This document shows, in pieces, positions 48,847-59,954 of a stretch of 64,000 nt of DNA. This DNA is from a bacterium (GTDB taxonomy: Bacteria; UBA8248): assembly GCA_965200245.1 (NCBI GenBank), contig CBDATS010000004.1, forward strand, positions 256,001-320,000. The letters are read 5' to 3'. Positions within the stretch are counted from its first letter, which is position 1, and each line of letters begins with the position of its first letter. The translations under genes and the position numbers were made by a program. Under the pieces are notes generated by a model. The model made no database searches and was not told the DNA's origin. It saw only the letters and a program-made list of their open reading frames with translations.

Positions 48847-49940
48847 CACGAGTCGCCTCCCGCCAGAGCAGCAATTCGCGTGCCCATTTCGGCGCAACCC
48901 ACCGCCACAGTGCCCAGCGTATGAATGTCGGACGTTCTAAAACCCTCATCCAGCGTAGCGAAGACAGCCGCCTCTATGGCTTCCGCCACGTCCACGCGCT
49001 TTAACGAGTAGCGGCATAGCATGGCCGCCGACATGATGGCCGCAATCGGATTTGCCTTGTCCTGGCCGGTAATGTCGGGTGCGGTGCCGTGCACAGGCTC
49101 GTACAAGCCGAAACCGGTCTCGTTCAGGTTTGCCGAAGCGAGCATACCAATGGAACCCGTGAGCATGGAGGCGCAATCACTCAGGATATCGCCGAACATG
49201 TTGCCGGTAACGATAACGTCGAATTGCAGCGGATCACGAACCAGCTGCATCGCTGCGTTATCGACATACATGTGACTGGTCTCGATTTCGGGGAATTCTT
49301 CAGCGACTTCTCCCGCGACCCTGCGCCACAGGCGGCTGTTGTCGAGTACGTTCTCCTTGTCCACAGAGCAGAGTTTTTTCCCGCGCACGGAAGCCAACTC
49401 GAACGCGAGACGAACGATCTGGCGTATCTCGCCAGTGGTGTAGGTCATCGTGTCGACTGCCTTTTCCTCATCGGCAGAGATCCGCTCGATGCCCCTGGGC
49501 TGGCCGAAATAAATTCCGCTCACGCCCTCACGCACGACGAGGAGGTCTAGTCCGCGCACGACTTCCGGCTTCAGGGATGAGGCTTCCAACAGAGGATTGA
49601 ACATGACGGCAGGCCTTAAATTGGCGAAGAGGTTCAACTCCTTGCGCAAGCCCAGGATGGCCTGTTCGGGACGTTTCTCACGAGGCAGTGCATCCCACAC
49701 CGGGCCTCCCACGGCGCCGAACAACCCGGCGTCGCTGCGCTTGCAAAGTGAGATGGTTTCATCGGGCAATGGTTCGCCCGTTGCGTCATAGGCCGAGCCA
49801 CCGCAAAGTCCTTCCTCGAACTCGAAAACCACGCCGTAGCGAGCGCCCGCAACCTCCAGCACCGAGCGAGCCTGCGCCACCACCTCCTGGCCGATGCCGT
49901 CGCCCGGCAAAACGGCTATCCGATAACTGCTCACCGACAA
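48846..49940 (-). CDS. leuB: 3-isopropylmalate dehydrogenase
   Basis: LPGDGIG, VDKENVL, NMFGDILSD, EPVHGTAPDI. Confidence 0.95.
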   Translation of the reverse strand: MSVSSYRIAVLPGDGIGQEVVAQARSVLEVAGARYGVVFEFEEGLCGGSAYDATGEPLPDETISLCKRSDAGLFGAVGGPVWDALPREKRPEQAILGLRKELNLFANLRPAVMFNPLLEASSLKPEVVRGLDLLVVREGVSGIYFGQPRGIERISADEEKAVDTMTYTTGEIRQIVRLAFELASVRGKKLCSVDKENVLDNSRLWRRVAGEVAEEFPEIETSHMYVDNAAMQLVRDPLQFDVIVTGNMFGDILSDCASMLTGSIGMLASANLNETGFGLYEPVHGTAPDITGQDKANPIAAIMSAAMLCRYSLKRVDVAEAIEAAVFATLDEGFRTSDIHTLGTVAVGCAEMGTRIAALAGGDS

Positions 49941-49948
49941 ATCCCCTT

Positions 49949-50557
49949 CTATTGCACTTCGCTATCAAAATTCGTGACATAGGGCAGGCGCTGCGCCACT
50001 TTCCCGGCCTGGGGTAGATTGCCTCGCAAATTGGCGAGCATGTCCCAGGTGCCCGCCAGAAAGGCAGCCTTGCGCGTCTCCTGGATTCCGATGGATATGA
50101 CGCGGTCGCCGTAACTGATCGTCGCATTCCCGATGTCTACGGTGAAGCGCGTCTCCGGTTCATCCTGGGCCAGTCGAGTCAGTTCATTCACGTCCTCCGC
50201 CGACGCCGTGCCGAGCGGTACGCCGATGGCGAAACAGTTACCCGCAAAAATCTCGGCGAACGACACCCCGATGAGTACGTCGATCCCGAAACGCTTGAGC
50301 GCCTGGGGAGCGTGCTCGCGCGAGGAGCCCGAACCGAAGTTCTTGCCCACGAACATCATGTTCGCCCCTTTGTGGGCGGGGTTGTCGACGGGGTGATCGG
50401 GCGTGTTCTCGCGCTCATCGCAGAACAGCGCCTTCTCGATGCCCTCGAAGGTGATGGACTTGAGAAAGCGGGCCGGTGTAATCCTGTCCGTATCAATGTC
50501 GTCGCGCGGCATGGGAATGGCCTTGCCGACGATTTTTTCGATTCTTTTCGTGCTCAT
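49949..50557 (-). CDS. leuD: 3-isopropylmalate dehydratase small subunit
   Basis: DIDTDRI, NFGSGSSREHAPQAL, SFAEIF. Confidence 0.95.
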   Translation of the reverse strand: MSTKRIEKIVGKAIPMPRDDIDTDRITPARFLKSITFEGIEKALFCDERENTPDHPVDNPAHKGANMMFVGKNFGSGSSREHAPQALKRFGIDVLIGVSFAEIFAGNCFAIGVPLGTASAEDVNELTRLAQDEPETRFTVDIGNATISYGDRVISIGIQETRKAAFLAGTWDMLANLRGNLPQAGKVAQRLPYVTNFDSEVQ

Positions 50558-51966
50558 ACTTTTTCTCCCATCTCTCTGGGGTCGGCGATACAGCCCGCAA
50601 TCGCCGAGGAGACGACGACGGACGGGCTGCCCAGGTGGGTCCTTCCGCGTGGGCTGCCCTGACGCCCGATGAAATTTCGATTCGAGGTGGAGATGCTCCT
50701 CTCCGCACCCACGAGCTTGTCCGGGTTCATGCCGAGACACATGGAACACCCCGCTTCGCGCCACTCGGCACCTGCTTCGGTGAAAATTTCGTGCAACCCC
50801 TCTTCTTCGGCCTGCTGCTTCACCTGCTGGGAGCCGGGCACCACCAGCATCCTGACACCCGGGTGCACCTTGTTGCCCTTCATCAGACGCGCGCCTTCAC
50901 GCAAGTCGGAGATTCTCGAATTCGTGCACGAGCCCAGGAATGCGACGTCGACCCTCGTACCCAGAATCGAATCACCAGGCCTCAAGTCCATGAAATCATA
51001 GCCTTGTTCCGCTGTCTTCCTGTCCTCGCCTGCGAAGCTGTTCACATCGGGAAGCGGCTGTGAAATCCCGACCGATTGCCCGGGATTGATACCCCATGTA
51101 ACCATTGGCTCGATAGATTCGCCCGCAATCTCGTAGATGTCGTCATACTCCGCCTCATCGCCCGAGGCGATTTCGCGCCAGTACGCTACGCCCCGTTCCC
51201 AGGCATCTCCCTCGGGGCTGAATTCGCGGCCCTCGAGATAATCGAATGTCGTCTGGTCCGGGTTCACGTAACCGATGCGGGCTCCGCCCTCGATGCTCAT
51301 GTTGCAAACCGTCATGCGTCCTTCCATCGACATGGCGTCGAAAACATCGCCGCCGTATTCGTAGGCGAATCCCAGGCCACCCTTGATACCCAGATCGTGA
51401 ATGACGCGCAACGTAACGTCCTTGGGCGTCACACCGGAGTTGAGAACACCTGTCACCTCGATTCGCTTCACCTTCAGGCGGTTCAACCCCAAGGACTGCG
51501 TCGCCAGCACGTGGCCCACCTCGGTCGTACCGATGCCAAACCCCAGAGAACCCATCGCACCGTGTGTACTTGTGTGGCTGTCGCCACAGGCGATGGTCAT
51601 TCCGGGCTGGCTGAGTCCCAACTCCGGCCCGATCACATGAACGATGCCCTGTTTGCCGGACCCCAGGTGCAGAAAGCGAACGCCGAACTCGTTCACGTTC
51701 TGCTCCAGAGCGGCCATCATCTTCTCGGCCTGCTCATCCTCGTAGGGCCTGATCTGGCTCAGTGTAGGGATGATGTGATCCACCGTCCCTATCGTGCGAT
51801 CGGGAAAAGCGACGCCCGCACCGATTTCCTTGAGCACCGCGAACGCCTGGGGCGTCGTAACCTCATGGATAAGGTGCAGGCCGATGAAAATCTGGTCCTG
51901 CCCCGAATCGAGCTTCGCCACGGTATGGGAATCCCAAACCTTATCGTAGAGCGTGTTTTTCGACAT
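50554..51966 (-). CDS. leuC: 3-isopropylmalate dehydratase large subunit
   Basis: HEVTTPQAF, CGDSHTSTHGA, GSCTNSR, CSMCLGMN, STSNRNF. Confidence 0.96.
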   Translation of the reverse strand: MSKNTLYDKVWDSHTVAKLDSGQDQIFIGLHLIHEVTTPQAFAVLKEIGAGVAFPDRTIGTVDHIIPTLSQIRPYEDEQAEKMMAALEQNVNEFGVRFLHLGSGKQGIVHVIGPELGLSQPGMTIACGDSHTSTHGAMGSLGFGIGTTEVGHVLATQSLGLNRLKVKRIEVTGVLNSGVTPKDVTLRVIHDLGIKGGLGFAYEYGGDVFDAMSMEGRMTVCNMSIEGGARIGYVNPDQTTFDYLEGREFSPEGDAWERGVAYWREIASGDEAEYDDIYEIAGESIEPMVTWGINPGQSVGISQPLPDVNSFAGEDRKTAEQGYDFMDLRPGDSILGTRVDVAFLGSCTNSRISDLREGARLMKGNKVHPGVRMLVVPGSQQVKQQAEEEGLHEIFTEAGAEWREAGCSMCLGMNPDKLVGAERSISTSNRNFIGRQGSPRGRTHLGSPSVVVSSAIAGCIADPREMGEKV

Positions 51967-52021
51967 GGTATTACCCTCGAAGTAATCTACAGATTCTTGC
52001 GCATCATGTGGAAATTGTTCG

Positions 52022-52840
52022 TCAGGAAACCGCCTTCGAGCGATCGAGACCTTCCCGCAAGGATGCAATGTAATCACGCGCCGCTCGCATTTTGCTCTCT
52101 CGCGACACCTCCGCTTCCATTACGTCGATAAGCGCGCTGCCAACGATGACGCCCTCGGCGTGCCTGGCCACCTCCACAGCCTGTTCGGGTGTCTTGATGC
52201 CAAACCCCACGAGGACGGGGCGGTTCTTTACGCGGTTGATGCGAGCCAATGTAGCACCCAAATCGGTATCCAGCGCGTCACGCGCGCCTGTGACTCCCAT
52301 CTGCCCCACATAGTAGATGAAACCGCCGCCCGCATCGTTCACCAGTTCGATGCGCTCCTGCGTGCTCGTGGGCGCGAGCATGAAGACGGGTTCGAGCGGA
52401 TAATCGTTCATGATGTCGAGAAGAGCGTCCGCTTCTTCGGGTGGAAGATCCGGTACGATAACGGCGTCGGCCCCCACCTGCGATGCACCGCGCACGAATT
52501 CCGCAAGGCCCATGGCGATGATGGGGTTGAAATACGTCATCAGGACAAGGGGCGTATCAGGTATATCCGCCCGGACTTCGCCCACCATCTCCAGCACGTC
52601 GCTCAGGCGCGTTCCAACCGCCAGCGAGCGCATGCTCGAACGCTGGATGGTGGGACCGTCCGCCAGGGGGTCGCTAAAGGGAACCCCCACCTCGAAGCCG
52701 TCCGCCCCCGCTTCGGCCATGAGGGGCAGGAGTTCGCGGGTGAAGTCCAGGTCCGGATCACCCGCCGTGACGAAGGGGAACAGGCCTGTCTGGCCCTGCG
52801 CGCGCAAACGCTCGAAACACGCCTCCAGCCTGCCTCCCAT
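52022..52840 (-). CDS. trpA: Tryptophan synthase alpha subunit
   Basis: TAGDP, PFSDPLADGPTIQ, GVTG, VGFGI, IVGSA. Confidence 0.95.
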   Translation of the reverse strand: MGGRLEACFERLRAQGQTGLFPFVTAGDPDLDFTRELLPLMAEAGADGFEVGVPFSDPLADGPTIQRSSMRSLAVGTRLSDVLEMVGEVRADIPDTPLVLMTYFNPIIAMGLAEFVRGASQVGADAVIVPDLPPEEADALLDIMNDYPLEPVFMLAPTSTQERIELVNDAGGGFIYYVGQMGVTGARDALDTDLGATLARINRVKNRPVLVGFGIKTPEQAVEVARHAEGVIVGSALIDVMEAEVSRESKMRAARDYIASLREGLDRSKAVS

Positions 52841-54057
52841 CAGTGCGCTTCCTCGTCATCGAGCATTTCTGACAATAATCCCTCCGCCTGATGCACATCC
52901 TTGTCTCCCCGACCCGAGAGGCATACCACCACGGTCTTGATCTCACCCGCCTCCCTCACCTCCCTAGCCAGTCGATCCAGACAGGAAATCGCATGGGCAC
53001 TCTCGAAGGCGGGAATGATACCCTCCAGCAAGGAGAGTTTCTGGAACGCCTTGAGTGCGTCGTGGTCTTCGACGGTCACGTAGCGCGCCCGCCCGGAATC
53101 CTTCAAATGGGAGTGTTCGGGACCCACACCCGGATAATCGAGACCCGCGGATACCGAATGGGCGGGTATGATCTGCCCGTCATCGTCATAGAGCAGGAAT
53201 GTCTCACAGCCATGCAAGACGCCCACGCGCCCGGCCGTCAAGGACGCGCCGTGTTCTTCGGTATCCAGACCTCTGCCGCCTGCTTCCACGCCAATGAGTT
53301 CGACGCCCTCATCATCCACAAATGGATGGAACAGGCCAATGGAGTTACTGCCACCCCCCACGCAGGCCACACATGCGTCGGGAAGCCTGCCTTCGGCTTC
53401 CAAAATTTGCGCGCGCGCCTCACGCCCGATGACGGACTGGAAATCGCGTATCATCCTGGGAAACGGATGCGGTCCCACCACCGACCCTATGATGTAGTGG
53501 GTCGTCCGCACCGAGGCCGTCCAGTCTCGAAGCGTCTCGTTCGTGGCGTCCTTAAGGGTCTTGCTGCCCGAGGTGACCGGAATCACCCTCGCGCCCAGGA
53601 GGCGCATGCGGAACACGTTGAGCGATTGCCTGCCGATGTCCTCCTCTCCCATGTAGATGTCGCAATCGAGGCCGAACAGCGCCGCCGCCGTCGCGGTGGC
53701 GACACCGTGCTGGCCCGCGCCCGTCTCCGCGATGATGCGCGTTTTCCCCAGCCTCCTGGCCAGAAGGACCTGGGCGAGCGTGTTGTTTATCTTGTGTGCG
53801 CCCGTGTGGCAGAGGTCCTCGCGCTTGAGATAGACCCTGAGCGCACCCAGGTCGTCGGAGAGACGCTCCGCCAGATAGAGCGGTGTGGGCCTGCCCACGA
53901 ATTTTTGAAGATAATCGGCGAGTTCCTCGTGATAGGCCGGATCGTCGCGGACCTCCTCGTAAGAGACTTCGAGTTCTTCCAGTGCGGGCATGAGCGTTTC
54001 GGGGACGTAGCGCCCCCCGAAGCGACCAAACCTTCCTTTCGAGATCAGTTCGCTCAT
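52840..54057 (-). CDS. trpB: Tryptophan synthase beta subunit
   Basis: [39 protein letters not shown]. Confidence 0.97.
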   Translation of the reverse strand: MSELISKGRFGRFGGRYVPETLMPALEELEVSYEEVRDDPAYHEELADYLQKFVGRPTPLYLAERLSDDLGALRVYLKREDLCHTGAHKINNTLAQVLLARRLGKTRIIAETGAGQHGVATATAAALFGLDCDIYMGEEDIGRQSLNVFRMRLLGARVIPVTSGSKTLKDATNETLRDWTASVRTTHYIIGSVVGPHPFPRMIRDFQSVIGREARAQILEAEGRLPDACVACVGGGSNSIGLFHPFVDDEGVELIGVEAGGRGLDTEEHGASLTAGRVGVLHGCETFLLYDDDGQIIPAHSVSAGLDYPGVGPEHSHLKDSGRARYVTVEDHDALKAFQKLSLLEGIIPAFESAHAISCLDRLAREVREAGEIKTVVVCLSGRGDKDVHQAEGLLSEMLDDEEAH

Positions 54058-54704
54058 ATCCTCGTTTCCTTGAGTTCCGATATCGCAGCGCGCGTGTTTT
54101 GAATGAAATCCAGGACCCGCTTCGGGTCCTTGCGGGCCAAAACCGCGCCCTCCAGTCCGCTGCTCGCATCCACTCCGTAGGGCTGAACTCTCCTCACGGC
54201 CTCAGCCACGTTTTCGGGTTTCAGGCCGCCGGACAGAATGATGGGTCTCGCCTCCGCTGCCTGACTGGCCAATTCCCAATCAAAGGTCTCGCCGGTGCCT
54301 CCGAGTGCACCCTTCACATAGGCGTCGAGCAAAATGGCGCATCCGGTGAAGTCGTCTATCTGCGCTATCGTTTCGGGTCCTTTCACCCTCAAACCCCGAA
54401 TCACGCGCAAACCCTGTTCCACGAGCCTGCGGCAATCCTCCGGTGACTCGTCGCCATGAAGCTGCGCCACGTCCAAGCCGACTCGACGCGCGATTTCCAT
54501 CACGCGTTCCGGCGCCTCGTTCACGAAGACACCGACTCGCGCCCCGAAAGGAGGCAGCGCCTCGGCCATCTTCCTCGCCTGCTCCACCTCCAGACACCTT
54601 GGAGTACCCGGAACGAAATTCATTCCCAGCGCGTCGGCACCCGCCGCCAAGGCGAATTCCGCGTCCTCGGCAGTCGTGACTCCACAGACCTTCACGCGGA
54701 TCAT
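54054..54704 (-). CDS. trpF: Phosphoribosylanthranilate isomerase
   Basis: [32 protein letters not shown]. Confidence 0.95.
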   Translation of the reverse strand: MIRVKVCGVTTAEDAEFALAAGADALGMNFVPGTPRCLEVEQARKMAEALPPFGARVGVFVNEAPERVMEIARRVGLDVAQLHGDESPEDCRRLVEQGLRVIRGLRVKGPETIAQIDDFTGCAILLDAYVKGALGGTGETFDWELASQAAEARPIILSGGLKPENVAEAVRRVQPYGVDASSGLEGAVLARKDPKRVLDFIQNTRAAISELKETRI

Positions 54705-54876
54705 CCGGTGTTCCCCTTCCCGGCGGAGCGAGCATTTATAGCACAGAGTCGAAGCGCAAGCCTAGCGCGCAGGATGCCATGCGGGGGATATGGAGCAACG
54801 AGACGGGAAGATCCCATGGGATGGAGAGAGTGCGACGTGCAGGGTCTGAGGGTAAGGCTGCGAAGGGTAAGGGCCG

Positions 54877-55590
54877 CTAGCCGCCGCCCAGATACATCAT
54901 CTTGACTTCCTGATTGTTCAGGAGTTCGTGGCCGCCGCCCTCATAGCGGTTCCTGCCGAGTTCAAGCACATAGCCCCGGTCTGAAATTTCAAGGGCACGC
55001 GCGGCGTTCTGCTCAACGAGCATGATGGTAAGCCCCTCCTTGGCGAGCCCCACGATTTTCTCGAACACTTCCGTCACGAAGCGGGGACTGAGACCCAAAG
55101 ACGGCTCGTCCAGCATGATCATCGTGGGCCTCGTCATCAGGGCACGGCCCATGGCCAGCATCTGCTGCTCACCACCGCTCATCGTGCCCGCCAACTGCTT
55201 CTGCCGCTCGCCGAGGCGCGGGAATAACGTGAAGACATAGTCCATGGCGTCGTCGATTTTCTTCTGATCGCGCTCGATGTAAGCCCCCATCTCGAGGTTT
55301 TCCTGTACCGTCATCTGGTTGAAGACGATGCGCCCCTGCGGCACGTAGCCCAGACCGCGGCCCAGAATCTGGTCGGGGCGGTAGCCCACGATATTCTGCC
55401 CCTCGAACTCGATTTCGCCGCCGAGGTAGTTGATGAAACCCATGATGATCTTGAAGGTAGTGGATTTTCCCGCGCCGTTGGGCCCGATGACGGCCACCAC
55501 CTCGTCTTCGTTCACATGGAGCGACACGTCATGGAGTATCTGGATTCGGCCATAAGCCGCGTTTACATCCTTGAGTTCTAATAGCGCCAT
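54877..55590 (-). CDS. Branched-chain amino acid ABC ATPase (LivF-like)
   Basis: GPNGAGKST, MSGGEQQML, DEPSLGL, VEQNA. Confidence 0.92.
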   Translation of the reverse strand: MALLELKDVNAAYGRIQILHDVSLHVNEDEVVAVIGPNGAGKSTTFKIIMGFINYLGGEIEFEGQNIVGYRPDQILGRGLGYVPQGRIVFNQMTVQENLEMGAYIERDQKKIDDAMDYVFTLFPRLGERQKQLAGTMSGGEQQMLAMGRALMTRPTMIMLDEPSLGLSPRFVTEVFEKIVGLAKEGLTIMLVEQNAARALEISDRGYVLELGRNRYEGGGHELLNNQEVKMMYLGGG

Positions 55591-56316
55591 TTATCTGTGT
55601 CCAAAATATGCTTCGATAACATCTTCATTCTTCTGAATGTCCTCGGGCAGACCCTCGGCGATTTTAACGCCATAGTCAAGCACGAAGACCTTTTCGCAGT
55701 GGTTCATGATGACGTTCATGTCGTGCTCGACAATGAGAATTGTCTTGCCCTGATCTTCCTGAAGGTGATGAATATGGTCTAACAGGTTGTTGAGCAGCGT
55801 TCTGTTGACGCCGGCGGCCGGCTCATCAAGGAGAATGAGGTCCGGGTCCGTCATCAGTGCGCGGGCGAATTCGAGGAGTTTTTGCTGGCCGTAAGAGAGG
55901 TTCCCGCCATATTCGCCGCGAAGTTTCGTGAGCGTGACGAACTCCATCAACTCCTCCGCCCGCTCGCGCGCCTCGCGCACGGGCATCTTCATGCTCGAGG
56001 CAGAGAGCATGTTCTCGAACACCGTCATCTCACGGTAGATGCGGGTAATCTGGAAGGTGCGGCTGATACCCCTGTTGAAGACTTCATAGGGTTTGAAGCC
56101 GACGATGTTCTCTCCGTTGTAGAACACCTCGCCACTGTCCGCCTCGAGAACACCCGTGAGCAGGTTGAACGTGGTAGTCTTGCCGGAACCGTTCGGTCCG
56201 ATCAGGCCAGATATCTGGCCCTTGGGCACCTGGAACGTGCATCCGTCCACCGCCTTGATTCCCCCGAAATACTTTTTCAGGTTCTGAATGTCGAGGGCAA
56301 TTTCCGTGTCGGCCAT
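55591..56316 (-). CDS. Branched-chain amino acid ABC ATPase (LivG-like)
   Basis: GPNGSGKTT, RTFQ, LSYGQQK, DEPAAG, EHDM. Confidence 0.92.
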   Translation of the reverse strand: MADTEIALDIQNLKKYFGGIKAVDGCTFQVPKGQISGLIGPNGSGKTTTFNLLTGVLEADSGEVFYNGENIVGFKPYEVFNRGISRTFQITRIYREMTVFENMLSASSMKMPVREARERAEELMEFVTLTKLRGEYGGNLSYGQQKLLEFARALMTDPDLILLDEPAAGVNRTLLNNLLDHIHHLQEDQGKTILIVEHDMNVIMNHCEKVFVLDYGVKIAEGLPEDIQKNEDVIEAYFGHR

Positions 56317-56337
56317 TTTCTTGCGTTGCTCCGTTTC

Positions 56338-57276
56338 TTAGTGAACCATGCCCTTTCGCGCCCAGCCCTTGTCGATAGCAAATCCCATCAGACCACGAGG
56401 CATGAAGCGGGCCACGAGGACGATAAAGATGCCGAAGGCAATGAGATGCGCCGTCGGGAACTTCACCCAGGTGATTTCCTGAACAATATACAGGACAAAC
56501 GTGCCCAGAATGGGGCCGATCACCGTTCCCTTGCCGCCAAACATGGCGAAGAGTTTCATGTAGATGGTAACGAGGATGAAAAACTCGGTTTCGGGGTCGA
56601 TGTAGAGAACCTTGTACGCCTGAATGCCGCCAGCCGCCGCCGGGAAAATGGCGGAGAGCGCGAAGGCGGAGAGCTTGTAGAACGTGGTGTTGATACCCAG
56701 ACTCTCCGCGGCAATTTCGTCCTCGCGTATGGCGTTCAGGCGGATCCCGAACCTCGAATGTCCTACCCAATAAGACACGACAATGGTAATGACCATGACC
56801 ACCAGCATGGCGAAATATGTTTCGAAGGAATTCTCCACGTTGGGCAGCCCGATCCCCTCGCCGCCGTGCGTGAGATCCTCCCACACCGTGGCCACCACGC
56901 GCGTGCCCTCCGCAGCACCAAGCATGGCAATGGCGAAATACGGGCCTTTCAGACGCAGAACCGGAAAACCGATTACCAACGAGATCACGAAGGAGACGAA
57001 TACACCCGCGAAAAGGGTCGGAATCCAGTGCCAGCCGTAGTCGACCACCAGAATGGCCGTGGCGTAGGCACCGATGCCATAGAACATGACGTGGCCGAAA
57101 GAAACGTAGCCCGTGTAACCGCTGATGATGTTCCAACTCAAGGAGAGAACGACGTACATCATCGTGAACATCATGACGGAGCGCAGATACAGATTGATTT
57201 GCGAGGGCAACGCACACAGGATGACTGTGAATATGGCCAGCATCCCGAAGTTGCGGAGGTGTTCTTTTTGGGCCAT
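56338..57276 (-). CDS. Branched-chain amino acid ABC permease (LivM-like)
   Basis: WNIISGYTGYVSFGH, LRLKGPYFAI, AIREDEIAA. Confidence 0.92.
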   Translation of the reverse strand: MAQKEHLRNFGMLAIFTVILCALPSQINLYLRSVMMFTMMYVVLSLSWNIISGYTGYVSFGHVMFYGIGAYATAILVVDYGWHWIPTLFAGVFVSFVISLVIGFPVLRLKGPYFAIAMLGAAEGTRVVATVWEDLTHGGEGIGLPNVENSFETYFAMLVVMVITIVVSYWVGHSRFGIRLNAIREDEIAAESLGINTTFYKLSAFALSAIFPAAAGGIQAYKVLYIDPETEFFILVTIYMKLFAMFGGKGTVIGPILGTFVLYIVQEITWVKFPTAHLIAFGIFIVLVARFMPRGLMGFAIDKGWARKGMVH

Positions 57277-57287
57277 TCAAAGCTCTC

Positions 57288-58277
57288 CTAGATTTCTTTC
57301 GGCCCCATCAGGCCGCGAGGCCTGATCAGCAGCACGAAAACCATCATCCCGTAAGATGCAATTTCCACCATGGCAGTGCCGTTGGGAATCATGAAGGAGA
57401 TGAGGCTCTCGATTACCGCGAGCATCACCCCTCCAATGAGCGCACCGATATAGTGGCCCCTGCCTCCGAGTACGATGATGGCGAAGGCTTGCAGTGTATA
57501 CAAGACGCCCGTTTCCGGGTTGAAGCCGAATTGAATCGACACCAAGGCGCCGCCTGCCACCGCAAGCGCCGCGGCAAGGCCTGAGGTAATCATGTAGATA
57601 TGGAAAATGTTGATGCCGCAGACCATGGCAACATCCGCGTTTTGCGCCGTCGCGCGGATTGCCTTGCCGATACGATGCAGTTTCAGAAAAACGAAAACAC
57701 TGATGGAGATGAAGGCGGCCATCACGAAGCTGATGATCTTGCTCTTGCTCACCGCGATGGATTCCGTGACTTGCAGCGCGTCGGGCGCGTAGGGGATGGT
57801 GCGGTAATCGGTGGTGAAGATTGCCTCCACGATATGGATGATCGTGAGACCCAGACCGAAAGTGATCAGCAGGGGCGTCAGTTCCGGTCCGCCGACCACG
57901 GCGTTCAACAAAAGCTTCTGGATAAGGAGTCCGATGACGAAAGCGATGGGGAGCGTAAGGAACAATGCGAGGAGCGGGTCGATCCCCACGAAGAAAAAGA
58001 ACATCCAAGTCAGATAGGCGCCCAGCATCACCAGTTCACCATGCGCCACGTTGATGATGCGCATGACGCCGAAGATGAGAGTGAGCCCCACGGCGAACAT
58101 GGCGTAAACGCCGCCCTGCATGATGCCGTTCAGAATGACGGTGGTCAGATCCGCCAGCCACTGAAGGTCGAAAAAGACGTTTTCCGTATAGATACCGACG
58201 GCAAAGGGAATCGTGTAGGCCGCGACCAAAAACACCGCCAGCCAGTATTTGCTACGGATTTCCGCTCTTTCCTGCAT
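57288..58277 (-). CDS. Branched-chain amino acid ABC permease (LivH-like)
   Basis: GLTLIFGVMRIINVAHGE, GKAIRATAQN, VLGG. Confidence 0.92.
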   Translation of the reverse strand: MQERAEIRSKYWLAVFLVAAYTIPFAVGIYTENVFFDLQWLADLTTVILNGIMQGGVYAMFAVGLTLIFGVMRIINVAHGELVMLGAYLTWMFFFFVGIDPLLALFLTLPIAFVIGLLIQKLLLNAVVGGPELTPLLITFGLGLTIIHIVEAIFTTDYRTIPYAPDALQVTESIAVSKSKIISFVMAAFISISVFVFLKLHRIGKAIRATAQNADVAMVCGINIFHIYMITSGLAAALAVAGGALVSIQFGFNPETGVLYTLQAFAIIVLGGRGHYIGALIGGVMLAVIESLISFMIPNGTAMVEIASYGMMVFVLLIRPRGLMGPKEI

Positions 58278-58329
58278 GAGAAATTATTTCCCCGAAATAC
58301 TATTGCACAAAAAATCGGATACTTTCGCC

Positions 58330-58366
58330 TTCGCGCCGGGACCGTGTTCAACAGCCCCGGCGCGAA
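58330..58366 (-). terminator. Intercistronic hairpin after the binding-protein gene
   Basis: TTCGCGCCGGG / CCCGGCGCGAA 11-bp inverted repeat. Confidence 0.55.
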
Positions 58367-58410
58367 AGTTCAAGAGTGTGTATTGCATTTTCACGTTTAA
58401 CGCAACCCAC

Positions 58411-59607
58411 CTAGTTCTTGCCCCTCTCTTTCCACTTGGGCATCGGCAGCTTGTAGGGAACTTCCGATATCTTCTTGGGCCATACTATCTTGCGCTTGCC
58501 GTCGAGAATCTGGAAGGTCAATCCCTCATGCTGGTTCAGGTTGGTGTCGTCCACTTTCCAGGGACCGATGATGGTAGTGGTCTTCATCGTGCGCAGCGTC
58601 TTCCACACCTTGTCCCGATCCGCAGAGCCGGCTTTCGCAACCGCGTCACCGAAAATCTGCAGGGAGGCGTAGGACTGACCCGCGTGGTAGTTCGGCTTCA
58701 CGCCGTAGCGTTTTTCATAAGCGTCGATGAACTCCTTCATGCCGGGCCTCTTGAGGATGTCCGGTTTCGGTTCCCACTGGCTGAAGCCGAGAACGTACTC
58801 GGCCGTGTCGCCGAGTTGTTTGGCGAACTTCGGAAGACCGGGACCGACGGTTCCGGCAAAAATCTTGAGGTTGATGTTGAGTTCGCGAAGCTGGCGAATC
58901 TGCGCCGCGGCGTCCGCGAAGTAACTGTTCGAGATAAGCGCTTCCGCGCGACGTGCCTTGATTTTCTGCAGCAACGCAGTGAAATCGGTCTGTTTCCGGG
59001 GATAGTTCTCGTTCAGCACTACCTTGAGGCCGAGCTTTTTCGCCCAGTCCACGGCGCCTTCCGCCGACTGGCGCGGGAAGAGGCTGTCTTCTCCGACGAT
59101 GGCGATTCGCTTTACGCCGATGTCCTTGGCGATGTGAATCGCGCCCTTCTGGTAGTCCTGCGCGACGGCGATGATGTTGAACAGATACTTGCGGCCCTTC
59201 TTCCAGATGATGCCCGAAGACGCGCCCGGCGCCATCGTGGGATACTTGTACCTTTCCAGCACGTTGGCCACGGCGTCGGTGATGCCGCTTGAGTAGGGGC
59301 CGATGGTCAGATTGACCTTATCCTGCGTGATCAGTTTCTCATAGAGCTTGATGCTGGTCTGTTTGTCCGATTTGTCGTCCAGGATGGTGAAGTCGATTTT
59401 CTTGCCGTTCCAGCCTTTACCAGCGTTCACCTGATCCACGTACAGCTTGTAGGAGTTCACCATACGTCCGGCGGGCTCGGCGTAACGACCCGTCTGCGAA
59501 ATGGCGATTCCCAAGGTGACCTTGTCCATCGCGTAGCCTTTCTCCACAAAGGGAGCAGCCGTGAGTGCGAGAACAAAGCCGAGTCCCAATACAAGGCTTT
59601 TCTTCAT
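58411..59607 (-). CDS. Amino acid ABC substrate-binding protein (LivJ/K-like)
   Basis: Signal peptide, SQTGRYA, DDKSD, GPYSS. Confidence 0.9.
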   Translation of the reverse strand: MKKSLVLGLGFVLALTAAPFVEKGYAMDKVTLGIAISQTGRYAEPAGRMVNSYKLYVDQVNAGKGWNGKKIDFTILDDKSDKQTSIKLYEKLITQDKVNLTIGPYSSGITDAVANVLERYKYPTMAPGASSGIIWKKGRKYLFNIIAVAQDYQKGAIHIAKDIGVKRIAIVGEDSLFPRQSAEGAVDWAKKLGLKVVLNENYPRKQTDFTALLQKIKARRAEALISNSYFADAAAQIRQLRELNINLKIFAGTVGPGLPKFAKQLGDTAEYVLGFSQWEPKPDILKRPGMKEFIDAYEKRYGVKPNYHAGQSYASLQIFGDAVAKAGSADRDKVWKTLRTMKTTTIIGPWKVDDTNLNQHEGLTFQILDGKRKIVWPKKISEVPYKLPMPKWKERGKN

Positions 59608-59870
59608 TTCTTTTACACTCCTCTAGAAATAGAAACCAAAAAATCCTTTCGTGCTGCGGTCAAACAAAATGGAATTGCCATAGGTGCAGTAACGAACAAA
59701 TACACTCAATCCGACTGATTTCACATTCCCGAAAATTCAGTCTCTAGAAGTTCCGATTCCGCACCCAATCCCTTAATGGGTGCATCATGATACGAATATT
59801 GGTTCATATGTCAAAGGGGGTTTTTCGATAAATCGGGAGTGCCATTCCTGAGGGTATATCTCCCCCTACG

Positions 59871-59907
59871 AAATCCCGCCCCGCGCTCAGCCAGGCGCGG
59901 GGCGGGA
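59871..59907 (-). terminator. GC-rich hairpin after the upstream binding-protein gene
   Basis: TCCCGCCCCGCGC / GCGCGGGGCGGGA 13-bp stem followed by TTT on the minus strand. Confidence 0.6.
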
Positions 59908-59954
59908 ATGAAAGCGTCACGCTTTGATGATACTGGCTTCTTGCGTTCCCCTCC

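Noticed and set aside
54705-54876. Trp attenuator or leader upstream of trpF
   Set aside because: No Trp-codon leader peptide, T-box or terminator/antiterminator pair was recognisable.
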